Source of the DNA: a virus
Length of the DNA stretch: 64,000 nt
IMG/VR virus record: IMGVR_UViG_3300026484_000295
Coordinates: 32,001 to 96,000 of that record
Direction: 5' to 3' (one strand)
Positions within the stretch are counted from its first letter, which is position 1, and every line of letters starts with the position of its first letter. Under the pieces are notes generated by a model. That model was not told the DNA's origin and made no database searches. It saw only the letters and a program-made list of their open reading frames with translations. Made by a program: the position numbers and the translations under genes. Below are positions 17,980-27,842 of this stretch, one piece after another.

Positions 17980-18699
17980 TTAATTGCCTCTTTGACTATC
18001 ATATTTATAAGTGTCTTTAACGAGTTTATTAATTTTTTCTTCTCTTTCTATAATTTCATTAATTTTTTCAATTCCATTTGAAAGATCGGCTCTCATTTTG
18101 GTTTCATCAGATAAAAGTTTTGACGATAATTTATCCATTTTATCTTTATATGGCTTTATAAGTTTTTTTGACTCATCACGTAAATTCCATTCATTTGCTA
18201 AATAATATAAAACGGTTTGAGCTACAACTTTACTATCCGCTAAATCATCTTCAACATCAATTATATTTCCACGAATATTATTTCTTAGTACAGATTTAGC
18301 ACTTATTTTTTTAATTGTTTTATAAGCTTCTTTATATGGTTTTACGTCTTCACTTGTAAAGTTTTTTTGAGAACGATCATCCGCATCATCCGGTGATACT
18401 ATTGGTGTCCCGTCTTCATTTACTTGTCCAGGATTATTTTCAATACGTAATTTATCACCTGTTCCACCAATTTCAAATGCTGGAGCATTGTATGCACCTT
18501 CTTCTCTTGGTCCATTTATAGCTTCTATAAAGTTATCGTCAACTGGTTGTATATTAAATTCCTGTACTGATGAAATCATATCATCTGGAAGTTCTACGAC
18601 GTTCCACCCAGATATATCTCCACCAAGTGCAATATTATCACCTTGTGGAGTAGTACCACCTATCGTTTCAATATTATTTGTTTTAAATATTCCTACCAT
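17980..18699 (-). CDS. Putative fibre partner/assembly chaperone (paralog 3)
   Basis: GGTTPQG and DVEDDLAD motifs shared with the 20346 and 23049 ORFs; follows a fibre gene. Confidence 0.55.
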   Translation of the reverse strand: MVGIFKTNNIETIGGTTPQGDNIALGGDISGWNVVELPDDMISSVQEFNIQPVDDNFIEAINGPREEGAYNAPAFEIGGTGDKLRIENNPGQVNEDGTPIVSPDDADDRSQKNFTSEDVKPYKEAYKTIKKISAKSVLRNNIRGNIIDVEDDLADSKVVAQTVLYYLANEWNLRDESKKLIKPYKDKMDKLSSKLLSDETKMRADLSNGIEKINEIIEREEKINKLVKDTYKYDSQRGN

Positions 18700-18710
18700 T
18701 ATATTTCCTC

Positions 18711-20330
18711 CTAGTTACCTGAATTAGCATCAAAATGATGTAAATGATATGACATATTACCAAAATAAGATGCATTTTGAGGTGTAGATGTATTATATTT
18801 TCTAATTTGTCTCCAACCACACCATCCATATCCCCATCCACCAGCAACAGTTATAGACGTTCCGTTACCCGATGAAGCCGAATGTGAAAAATAGTTTCCT
18901 GTATTTCCAAAATATGATGAATTACTAGGACTAGCAATGGTAATAACTTCAATTGAACCTTTTGGATTCCACCAACCGCCAAAGATAAAGCCTTTGATAC
19001 CATCAGTATTACCAACGTTACACCATCTGTGCCATCTTAAGCCACCAAAATAAGTTCCGTTTGATGGTGTTGAAATAGTGATATAATCCATATCTTTTGA
19101 TACACCCCACCACCACCAATGTTGTCTTCCACCGGCATTAACACCTTTAGTTCCATCAGTAATATGTGTTTGAGACCATTTTCTACCTCTATATGCCGTA
19201 CCAAAATTCTTTGAATTTGAAGGAGTAGTAATTGTTACATATTCAATATCTGATCTAGCAGACCACCAACTATTCCATCCTCCTGAAAATACACCTCTTA
19301 CACCGTCCGATACACCTTGAGCACCAACAGCTCTCCAAGTAGCATTTCCAAAATATTGTCCATTACCAGGTGTAGCAAATGTAACGTATTCATAAGTAGA
19401 AGACCATTGGTGACCCGGCCAACCACCTGTATGCCACAACCCTCTATTTCCACCAGTTACACCAATCGGTGAAAGAGTCATTTGTCTCGGAGCCCCAAAA
19501 AATTTAGCATTCATAGGAGTACTTATCTGCACATAAGTATATTCATTAGGACCTTGACCACATTTCCATCCTCTAGACATAACCATTCTATCACCTTGGA
19601 AACCCTTAACAATACGTCCTAATTTTACAGCATTATTAACATCATATACTAATTGTCCAAATTTTGCATTTGAACTATCAAATTTACCAATACTACGTTT
19701 AACAACGGCAGTACCCGTAGATTTATTCAATATAATAACACCTGTTGGTATTTTTGAAACATCATCCTCATTAGAATTAACCGTATAGATAAATGAATCT
19801 TTAGTAATATGATATTTCCCTCTATCACCAAGATAAATAGATCGATCTCTAATATAAAGTGTTTTGAATCTTAATGAAAACGAACCAAGATCAAACATTT
19901 CATTTCTTGATGGTGTGATATTACCAGAAGTTGAAAATTTTTCTTCAACTGTTAGTGCACCACTAATTGTACCACCAGATTTATCAAATTTATCATCTAA
20001 ATTTACATACCCTAGTACCCAATCTTTGATTTCTTGAATACTCTTTCCACCTATTTTACTGACATTAAAACCCCAGTCAGTACCATTAAATAGTTTCAAT
20101 GTATTCGTTGACGTATCAAACCACATTTGACCAGGTAATGAATTTTCAGGTTCATCTTCACTTGCTAAATTTTCAAGTATCTTAATAAAATTTTGGTTTA
20201 AATCTTCAATATATGATTCCGCACCCCTACCTATTAATGCAGTTGATACGACATCTTTTAAGATTTCTTTTGAACTAATATCAGCTATTACTTCATTTTG
20301 AGTATTCTTAACTGTAATTACCGTTGTCAT
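18711..20330 (-). CDS. Putative receptor-binding/tail fibre protein with propeller-like repeats (paralog 3)
   Basis: N-terminal ILENLA..P..PGQMWFD anchor; about 6 YxTIxTPxNxxxFG repeats; ends SGN. Confidence 0.7.
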   Translation of the reverse strand: MTTVITVKNTQNEVIADISSKEILKDVVSTALIGRGAESYIEDLNQNFIKILENLASEDEPENSLPGQMWFDTSTNTLKLFNGTDWGFNVSKIGGKSIQEIKDWVLGYVNLDDKFDKSGGTISGALTVEEKFSTSGNITPSRNEMFDLGSFSLRFKTLYIRDRSIYLGDRGKYHITKDSFIYTVNSNEDDVSKIPTGVIILNKSTGTAVVKRSIGKFDSSNAKFGQLVYDVNNAVKLGRIVKGFQGDRMVMSRGWKCGQGPNEYTYVQISTPMNAKFFGAPRQMTLSPIGVTGGNRGLWHTGGWPGHQWSSTYEYVTFATPGNGQYFGNATWRAVGAQGVSDGVRGVFSGGWNSWWSARSDIEYVTITTPSNSKNFGTAYRGRKWSQTHITDGTKGVNAGGRQHWWWWGVSKDMDYITISTPSNGTYFGGLRWHRWCNVGNTDGIKGFIFGGWWNPKGSIEVITIASPSNSSYFGNTGNYFSHSASSGNGTSITVAGGWGYGWCGWRQIRKYNTSTPQNASYFGNMSYHLHHFDANSGN

Positions 20331-20345
20331 TTTTTCTCCTCTCCC

Positions 20346-20951
20346 TTATAGTTTCTTAGTTAAATAATAGTTATCTACTATTTTAGCTATTTCTACTTCT
20401 AAGTCTACAATTTCTTCTATTTTTTCTAAATCATTCTCAATAGTTGATAATGATTTTATACTACTTGAAATAGCTTCTTGAATTGAAGGAAAAATATCTT
20501 TGAACTTACTTTTAGATTTTTCATTCTCATCTTTATCATTCCAATCATCAACTGCAAATACCATTAAAGATTGAACTAATTTTTTAAGATCCACTAAATC
20601 ATCTTCAACGTCTTTCATTTCCCGTACTTTTGCACGAGTTACAAGTTTCAATTTAATATTATTTATAAAGGATTTTGCAACTTCCATATCACTTTTATCT
20701 TTTTCAGATAAATTAAAATTTGTAGATTCTGGAGCACCGTCATCTTCTTCTACTTGCGTTGATAGCAATTTTAAACCATTCGCTATAATAGCATCAACAG
20801 CAATAAAATCAAATTCATTATAATTATGAATTTTCTCCATTGGACAATCTGCTAAATTCCAACCTTCATAATATGCTAACCCTATTTCAATTCCCTGAGG
20901 GTGAACTCCACCAACTCCAGGGATAATATTTTCTTTATATATCACATACAT
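20346..20951 (-). CDS. Putative fibre partner/assembly chaperone (paralog 2)
   Basis: YKENIIPGVGGVHPQGIEIG and DVEDDLVD motifs. Confidence 0.55.
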   Translation of the reverse strand: MYVIYKENIIPGVGGVHPQGIEIGLAYYEGWNLADCPMEKIHNYNEFDFIAVDAIIANGLKLLSTQVEEDDGAPESTNFNLSEKDKSDMEVAKSFINNIKLKLVTRAKVREMKDVEDDLVDLKKLVQSLMVFAVDDWNDKDENEKSKSKFKDIFPSIQEAISSSIKSLSTIENDLEKIEEIVDLEVEIAKIVDNYYLTKKL

Positions 20952-20962
20952 CTTATATCTCC

Positions 20963-23035
20963 TTAATTACCCGAAAATGCTGCTGGGTATCTTAACCCGA
21001 TTGTAGCATTGCCAAATTTTGTTGCAGTACCACCATTAGCATACGAAATACTGTCTAGTGTTCTAGAATAACTACTACCACCTGCTGCTACCATTATAGA
21101 ATCATTTGAAACTGGTGTTGTTGAGTGTCTAGAATATGTTAAGTTACCAAATTGACTAGAATTACTAGGTGTTGCCAATGTTAATTTTTCTATACTATTC
21201 AAGTTGCTACCATTATAATGACCTCCGGCCCATAGACCATGAATACCATTAGATGATGCACCAGTCCAACCTCTACTTTGTTGCATTTTACCAAAAATAA
21301 TTGCATTTGATGGAGTTGATAAACTTACATATCTAAATTCCTGATTCGACCATCCATTAACACCTCTATCAAAAATTGCTTTTGTACCATCCGATACAGC
21401 CGCATTCCAATATGATGATGTTCCTAAATTTCCGTATTGTACAGCGTTCATTGGTGTTGCAAAGAGTACATAATTAGAAATCGTTTGATTGTATCGCCCA
21501 CCAAATATAACAGCTCTGTTACCGTCTGATGCAGCTTCAGCTCTCCAACCACCATAAAATCTTCCAAAATTCACAGCATTCATTGGTGTGGCAATCGTAA
21601 CATATTGAATACCCGTATAATTATGTTGGTGAAACGATAATCCTCTTGTTGAATCTGAAGCTCCTGCTGAATGACCTCCGGTTCTACATGTACCGAAATT
21701 TACGGCATTAGCTGGCGTAGGAATATTTATTTTTTGGATAATACCATGGTTCCATGAACCCATAAAAATACCTATATCACCTTTAAAACTATAATTATTT
21801 CCACCTATTACTGAACCATATTTTGAATCTTGTGATAAGGTTCTGAAAGTGCCGTTTGATGTACTAGCTTTAAAATTTGATTTTTTAACTATAGCTTCCC
21901 CTGTAGCTCTATTAAGTATTAATGAACCTGCTGGAACATTTGTAACAGAATCTGTTTCTTTTTCAACAGTATAAACAAATGAATTTTTATTAAATTCTTT
22001 ACCCACACCCATATAAATTGATGCATTTTCTGATAAGTGTAATGATCTATATCTTTTTGAAGGAGAACCTAAATCTTGAATTTCATTACCTGTCGGTATA
22101 ATATCCTTAGCTGGATGTAATGTATTGGATAATACTATTGAACCATTAATAGTTCCACCTGTTCGATCATATTTAACAGATAAATCAACACCTGATAGTA
22201 TATAACTTCTAAGTGATGTTAAATCTTTTCCATCTAAAGTTTCTGCTGATAAACTCCATGTATCGCCATCCCAAACTAATAAATTTGAATTAGGCATAGG
22301 ATTGCCATTTGAATTCGTTAAAGAGGTTAATGCTGTATGAGGACCCATACCTTCCGATGGAACTAATGATTCAAATGCTACTTGTGCATATGCATGTTTC
22401 TTTTCATCATAACCCTTTAAATCTTCTGATATAATACCAAATTTACCAGTACCAATCGCAGCATATGGATAACGCCAGTTCCTTTTCACTTTATGCCATG
22501 CTTTAGATTTTAATAAATCCATTCGTTTATTTAAATCCTTATTAGTGCCAATTGCATCGTATGAAACCATTATAAACATATCGTTTTCAGCAATAGTTCC
22601 AAGTTTTCTAGCCAACTGTGTTCTAGCCGCATTTGAACCATATGTATCATAATACCCAATAGATTTAACTTTTGTTCTAAAATTGGAATCAAAGATAACT
22701 AATGCTATACCTCTTCGATTTTTAATTCTAATCCCAGTATTACCTGCAAATTGTATATATCTACTAGCATTATAATTTAATCCTGTACCTCGTACATTAA
22801 TAATATTAGAGCCCTTTTTAGAATACCATAACTGACCAACAACAGGATTAGTAGGAGCTTTTTTTGAGGCAAAGTTTTCCAATAAAGCATAGAAGTTTTC
22901 ATTAACTTCTTTTAAATATGTTTCTGTACCCTTACCAAAAAGATTTATAGGTGTTGTTGAACTATCAATCGTTCCATCATTTATAGATGCAACAACCTTA
23001 TTTGATGTGTTTCGTATTTCAATATTTCCAGCCAT
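20963..23035 (-). CDS. Putative receptor-binding/tail fibre protein with inserted ILEI-like domain (paralog 2)
   Basis: LLENFA..P.NPVVGQLWY anchor; RGIALV..YDTYGS..VSYDA..RYPYAAIG insert; TPxNAxxFG repeats; ends SGN. Confidence 0.7.
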   Translation of the reverse strand: MAGNIEIRNTSNKVVASINDGTIDSSTTPINLFGKGTETYLKEVNENFYALLENFASKKAPTNPVVGQLWYSKKGSNIINVRGTGLNYNASRYIQFAGNTGIRIKNRRGIALVIFDSNFRTKVKSIGYYDTYGSNAARTQLARKLGTIAENDMFIMVSYDAIGTNKDLNKRMDLLKSKAWHKVKRNWRYPYAAIGTGKFGIISEDLKGYDEKKHAYAQVAFESLVPSEGMGPHTALTSLTNSNGNPMPNSNLLVWDGDTWSLSAETLDGKDLTSLRSYILSGVDLSVKYDRTGGTINGSIVLSNTLHPAKDIIPTGNEIQDLGSPSKRYRSLHLSENASIYMGVGKEFNKNSFVYTVEKETDSVTNVPAGSLILNRATGEAIVKKSNFKASTSNGTFRTLSQDSKYGSVIGGNNYSFKGDIGIFMGSWNHGIIQKINIPTPANAVNFGTCRTGGHSAGASDSTRGLSFHQHNYTGIQYVTIATPMNAVNFGRFYGGWRAEAASDGNRAVIFGGRYNQTISNYVLFATPMNAVQYGNLGTSSYWNAAVSDGTKAIFDRGVNGWSNQEFRYVSLSTPSNAIIFGKMQQSRGWTGASSNGIHGLWAGGHYNGSNLNSIEKLTLATPSNSSQFGNLTYSRHSTTPVSNDSIMVAAGGSSYSRTLDSISYANGGTATKFGNATIGLRYPAAFSGN

Positions 23036-23048
23036 TTTTTACTCCTTC

Positions 23049-23696
23049 CTAACCTATCTTTTTTATCTTTTCAATATAATTAGATTTAACAATTCTTGAA
23101 ATAAATGTTTCATCTTTTATGATTTTTGGTATTTTATTTAAAAATTTAGTATCATTTACTCTAATATCTTTTTCATTTATCGTTGATACTAAACTGTCCA
23201 TCAACTCTTTCATAGGAAAATTAGCTTTTTCAGATTCTGATTTCATTTCATAATCTTCTAAGATATATCTCAATAAAAATTCTATTAAAAGTTTAGTATC
23301 CGATAAATCATCCTCAAAATCTTTAAATTGTCTTATCTTAGAACGTGTTATAAATTTTAATTCTAATTTATCTATATATTCTTTAGATAATGAGATTAAT
23401 TTTAATTCTTCTTCGCTTGAACCGAATTGTTCATTTTCTAAAGCTATTTCATTTGGCATGATATCCATATCTTCCTGTATAGGCTGATATGTTTCATTAT
23501 TCAACATCATACCTACGGCTATTGATTTAGGGATAGGATATAGTTTAAATTCTGAATATTTATCAAATTCTTCTTCAACCATAGCACATAATTTCCACCC
23601 ATTATATTCAGCCATACCTATTTCTATACCATCAGGATTAACTCCACCAACTAAAGGTATAACATTTTCTTTATATATTGCATATATTATATTCAT
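23049..23696 (-). CDS. Putative fibre partner/assembly chaperone (paralog 1)
   Basis: YKENVIPLVGGVNPDGIEIG and DFEDDLSD motifs. Confidence 0.55.
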   Translation of the reverse strand: MNIIYAIYKENVIPLVGGVNPDGIEIGMAEYNGWKLCAMVEEEFDKYSEFKLYPIPKSIAVGMMLNNETYQPIQEDMDIMPNEIALENEQFGSSEEELKLISLSKEYIDKLELKFITRSKIRQFKDFEDDLSDTKLLIEFLLRYILEDYEMKSESEKANFPMKELMDSLVSTINEKDIRVNDTKFLNKIPKIIKDETFISRIVKSNYIEKIKKIG

Positions 23697-23709
23697 AATT
23701 TTAATCTCC

Positions 23710-25350
23710 TTAATTTCCTGAAGCGCCAGAAGGTCTAGACCCTCTTCGCATCGTCATATTTCCAAAATTAATAGAATTCATAGGTGTTTGGATAGTTACT
23801 GATTCCATAGTATTATCCCACCATGTTGCTGCAGATACACCAGTTATACCATTTGATAAACCTATTCCCGCACTATTTCTACTTCTTCTAGTTCTTCCAA
23901 AATCAATACCATTACTAGGAGTAGCTATGGTAATATATTCAATATAATTATTAGTCCAATTACCATCCCATCCACCAAAATATAGGCCTTTAATAGTATC
24001 TGTTAGTGCTGATCCAGCTGGTCCTCTATGTCTTCTAGTACTACCAAAATAAATTGAATTTTTTAAAGTTTGAATAGTAATGTATTCTAATCTACTAGAC
24101 CATCCTCTTCTTGAATAACCACCAAATACTCCTCTTGTTCCAGAAGATACTGCCGATCCCCAATATCCTTGTTTAATAGTTCCAAATTTAGATGAATTAC
24201 CAGGTGTTTCTATTGTAATATAGGTTGCGATATAATGGTGTCCTCTAGGACCTGGTGTTCGAGCATTATAACCTGGACCAATGATACCCTTTGTCCCATC
24301 CGATACTGATGATGATCCATAATTCTCATAACCGATAGTTCCAAAATATGTAGCATTACTAGGAGAAGCAAAAGTAACATAGTCCATTTTTCCATTATGT
24401 GACCCATGCGAACCATTCCAACCACCTTGGAAAACTCCTCTTATTCCACTAGACATACCTGCACCCATATGACTTCTACCATATGTTAGATTTCCAAATG
24501 ATTGACCATTACCAGGTGTAGAGATAGTTATTTTTTCAATTGATGCATTACGATGACCACCAACAGAACCCCAACCTCCGGCTATCAATCCAATATCACC
24601 TAAAAATCTAAATTTATTCCCACCTATAACAGCTGAGTTTTGTTTATCATCAGCTAGTTTTCTAAATGTTTTATTATTAGCACCAAAAATACCAGTTGAT
24701 TTCTTAATAATAGCTTCACCTGTTTCCTGATGTAAAATAATTGCTCCTACTGGAAATTTTGACACATCAGAATTATCATTTTCAACAACATATACGAAGT
24801 TATTAGATTTAAACTTTAAACCTTTAGACTTATCACCTAACGTAATACCATCTTCTTTTAAATAAATATTTCTAAATCTATTATTTTTTCCACCAAGATT
24901 TGATTGTTCTGTTACAACGGGTAAAATTGATTTTTGAATTTGTACTGCTCCTGAAATATCTACTTCACCAGTAATAGTACCGCCAGTTTTAGATAATTTT
25001 CCAGTTGTATCCAATCCGGATAAAACATACTCACGCACACCGTCTAGTGTTTTTCCACCAATTTTATCGGCATTTGAAAGCCACTCAGAATTAGTTCTGT
25101 AATTAATTCTGTTATTAGCTTTGTCATACCATATCTGTCCTTCAACAGCTCCATCATTAGTAGATGCTTGAGGTGGTGTACTTTCACCTGCAAAATTTTC
25201 TAATAATTTAACAAAGTTGTCATTTATATCACCAATAAAATTTTCTACATTTTCACCAATTAGTGATGTTTCAAATGTTGAATTTATAGTATTTTCGGCA
25301 ATAGTGGCAATTTCTTGATTTTCAGTATTATATACTTTAATTTCAGCCAT
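23710..25350 (-). CDS. Putative receptor-binding/tail fibre protein with propeller-like repeats (paralog 1)
   Basis: LLENFA..GQIWYD anchor; TPxNxxxFG repeats; ends SGN; late promoter upstream. Confidence 0.7.
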   Translation of the reverse strand: MAEIKVYNTENQEIATIAENTINSTFETSLIGENVENFIGDINDNFVKLLENFAGESTPPQASTNDGAVEGQIWYDKANNRINYRTNSEWLSNADKIGGKTLDGVREYVLSGLDTTGKLSKTGGTITGEVDISGAVQIQKSILPVVTEQSNLGGKNNRFRNIYLKEDGITLGDKSKGLKFKSNNFVYVVENDNSDVSKFPVGAIILHQETGEAIIKKSTGIFGANNKTFRKLADDKQNSAVIGGNKFRFLGDIGLIAGGWGSVGGHRNASIEKITISTPGNGQSFGNLTYGRSHMGAGMSSGIRGVFQGGWNGSHGSHNGKMDYVTFASPSNATYFGTIGYENYGSSSVSDGTKGIIGPGYNARTPGPRGHHYIATYITIETPGNSSKFGTIKQGYWGSAVSSGTRGVFGGYSRRGWSSRLEYITIQTLKNSIYFGSTRRHRGPAGSALTDTIKGLYFGGWDGNWTNNYIEYITIATPSNGIDFGRTRRSRNSAGIGLSNGITGVSAATWWDNTMESVTIQTPMNSINFGNMTMRRGSRPSGASGN

Positions 25351-25392
25351 TATACTTTCTCCTTAAACTTATAAGTTACTCCAATTTTTAAT

Positions 25393-25400
25393 TATTTATA
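25393..25400 (-). promoter_or_regulatory. T4-type late promoter TATAAATA for the fibre cassette operon
   Basis: Exact motif upstream of 25350. Confidence 0.6.
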
Positions 25401-25450
25401 CTCTTTAAAACCTTTTTTGTAAAATAAAAATAATTCAATTTAAATAAGAG

Positions 25451-26596
25451 GTGAAAATGAAAAATTTAATATTAGATTTCGCAAATCTAACTGCTATCAC
25501 TCGTTTTGGTGCTATGTCAAAAGACTCTTCAACACTAATGATGAGTGATGAAGAATGGATAAATTATTTCTTAGATACTATGCTGGTTAGTATCGCAAAC
25601 TATGTAAACGTATTAAAAGCAGATAGAGTCATACTGACATTAGAAAGTAGATCATGGAGAAAAACATACTATCCACTTTATAAAGCTAATAGAGATGCAG
25701 GAAAAGAGGCCGATGATAAATTAGACTTGTTTTATGAAGCTGTAAATAAAGCTGCAGATTTTATGAAAGATTTTACAAATGCTATCGTTTTACGAGCTGA
25801 TGAAGCAGAGGGAGATGATATAATTGCCGTTCTAGCTCAAAAATTTTCTACTGAAGGTGATACCACCATAATAGTTTCTACCGATGGAGATTTTAAACAA
25901 TTACTAAGATATAAAGGGGTTAAAATTTTTAACCCTATTAAAAAAATATATGTATCTGGTGGATATTCACATTTAGATTATATTACTAAATTAGTTAAAG
26001 GTGATGCAGGAGACAATGTTCCATCATCGTATCCCCGTATTAAAAAAGATATTTTAGAATCTATTGCTACAGATGAATCCCGCTTAGAAAGTGAATTTGA
26101 TAAAGTAGATAAAATGATTGAGAGACAAAGATATTACATAAGTAACTTTTTAGAAATTGACAATATTCCAGATGATTTAACTGAAGAAGAATGGTCTGAA
26201 GTACTATCAATAGCTAGAGAAAAAAAAGATAAAATAAAAGATGATGTTAAATTAGCAAAAAAAGAAAATAATTTTAAAGACGATGAAAAATTACAAATGA
26301 AAGATAAGCACCTAAAAGACATTATTAAATTGGCTAAAAAAGAGGATATAACTGAAAGTAAACTATTCAATGTTATAAATTCATTTAGGGATGGATTTAA
26401 AAGAAATGAAAAATTAATTTGTTTAAAAATAGATAATATTCCTGAACACGTAACTGATGCAATCCTCAATGAATTAAATAAAGATCATTCACAAACAAAA
26501 CAGTCAGAATTTTTAAAGTTTGTAAGGAAACATAAATTACGTGAATTTGCATTTGGTTTTGAGTGGAATACATTAAAAAATATAAAATCAGTTTAA
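25451..26596 (+). CDS. T4 RNase H-like 5'-3' exonuclease
   Basis: LILDFAN, SWRK.YYPLYKANR, EGDDIIA, VSTDGDFKQL and GDAGDNVP motifs; charged helical insertion. Confidence 0.9.
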   Translation: MKMKNLILDFANLTAITRFGAMSKDSSTLMMSDEEWINYFLDTMLVSIANYVNVLKADRVILTLESRSWRKTYYPLYKANRDAGKEADDKLDLFYEAVNKAADFMKDFTNAIVLRADEAEGDDIIAVLAQKFSTEGDTTIIVSTDGDFKQLLRYKGVKIFNPIKKIYVSGGYSHLDYITKLVKGDAGDNVPSSYPRIKKDILESIATDESRLESEFDKVDKMIERQRYYISNFLEIDNIPDDLTEEEWSEVLSIAREKKDKIKDDVKLAKKENNFKDDEKLQMKDKHLKDIIKLAKKEDITESKLFNVINSFRDGFKRNEKLICLKIDNIPEHVTDAILNELNKDHSQTKQSEFLKFVRKHKLREFAFGFEWNTLKNIKSV

Positions 26597-26625
26597 TTTA
26601 AGTTAAAACTTTTTATAATCATTAT

Positions 26626-27564
26626 ATGAATAATCCTTTCAAAAATAAATTTGTGGTCAATCTACATCATGCTGATTTTGACGGTGCAGTATCTGGTTCA
26701 TGTGTAAAAAGCTGTTTAGGCGAAAGTGTAATCTCTAAAAGTGTAGCTATAGCAAAAGCAGAATCAGAAATAAGAAAAATTATAAATGATGTTGATGTAA
26801 TCTTATTAACAGATTTAGGTTTATATCCAGATGATAAAAATAACGACTTAATAGATAAAATTAAAGATAATAAAATAATCATTTATGACCACCATATTAA
26901 TTCAGCATCAGAAAATATGTTTGCAAACTTACCAAAAACAAGTGTAAGTGTTTTAGAAAATGATATTTGTGGTGCAACATTAACATGGATAAAGATGATA
27001 GAATATTTCCCTTCTAATTCCTTTTTATACGAATTGGAAGATATCGTTTATTTGAGCGATGTCTATGATATGTGGCGTATAGATAATAAAGACTTTGAAT
27101 ATGCTGTTAAGATTAATGATTTATTAGACTATCAGATTGGATACAACCCAGATCAGTTTAGAGATCGATGGTTAAAAAATCCGAATCCATTTAAATTAAC
27201 AAAAAAAGAACATAAAATAATCGATACAAAACAAATAAGAGGTGAAAGAAATTTAAAAGAATTAGAAGAAAATGCTATTATTTTTGAATATAAAAATATT
27301 ATAGTCGTTTTATCAGAAGCATCATCACCAACCGATTTTATAAAAATGAAATTTATGAATTATATTTTAGATGAAGAAAATGTTGATATGTTTATATTTA
27401 AATATCCCAATACGACGCAATGTTCTGTGAGAATACCATCAGCATCATCAATATCGGACTTAAATGATTGGTATAATGACTTTGGGTGTAAGGGCCATTC
27501 ACACGCTGGCGGAATACCAGTAAATGAATACCCAAAATTAGAGAAAATACTAAAAACTATTTAG
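26626..27564 (+). CDS. DHH-family phosphoesterase
   Basis: HHADFDG, TDLG, YDHH, CGA, DVYDMW and GHSHAGG motifs. Confidence 0.88.
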   Translation: MNNPFKNKFVVNLHHADFDGAVSGSCVKSCLGESVISKSVAIAKAESEIRKIINDVDVILLTDLGLYPDDKNNDLIDKIKDNKIIIYDHHINSASENMFANLPKTSVSVLENDICGATLTWIKMIEYFPSNSFLYELEDIVYLSDVYDMWRIDNKDFEYAVKINDLLDYQIGYNPDQFRDRWLKNPNPFKLTKKEHKIIDTKQIRGERNLKELEENAIIFEYKNIIVVLSEASSPTDFIKMKFMNYILDEENVDMFIFKYPNTTQCSVRIPSASSISDLNDWYNDFGCKGHSHAGGIPVNEYPKLEKILKTI

Positions 27565-27790
27565 TAACTTTTTCTTTCATTAAAACTACAGCAGCTTCAA
27601 TTGCCAAGTTCAACATATGCGATGCAAAATCAATCCCAAGTTCCTTAGCTTCAGCTATAACTTTTTCTCTTTTTTGCGCTCCAGTCAATTTATCATTTAA
27701 TGCTACATTATTTACAAGATCTTTTATTTTTCCAAAAATATCTGCACCAATAATATAATTCATTACTTTATCTAATAACCATTTCCACAT
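27557..27790 (-). CDS. Small late protein (possibly holin-like)
   Basis: 77 aa; 'LTGAQKREKV...LNLAIEAAV' pattern; has its own late promoter. Confidence 0.45.
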   Translation of the reverse strand: MWKWLLDKVMNYIIGADIFGKIKDLVNNVALNDKLTGAQKREKVIAEAKELGIDFASHMLNLAIEAAVVLMKEKVTK

Positions 27791-27805
27791 TTTTAATCTC
27801 CTTAT

Positions 27806-27839
27806 TAATGTTGGGTATAATTATTTATACCCAACATTA
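27806..27839 (-). terminator. 15-bp perfect inverted repeat containing a late promoter
   Basis: TAATGTTGGGTATAA-TTAT-TTATACCCAACATTA, with TATAAATA on the minus strand at 27822-27829. Confidence 0.6.
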
Positions 27840-27842
27840 TAT

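Noticed and set aside
18711-25350. Diversity-generating retroelement acting on the fibre C-termini
   Set aside because: No reverse transcriptase and no near-identical template/variable repeat pair were seen in the window.
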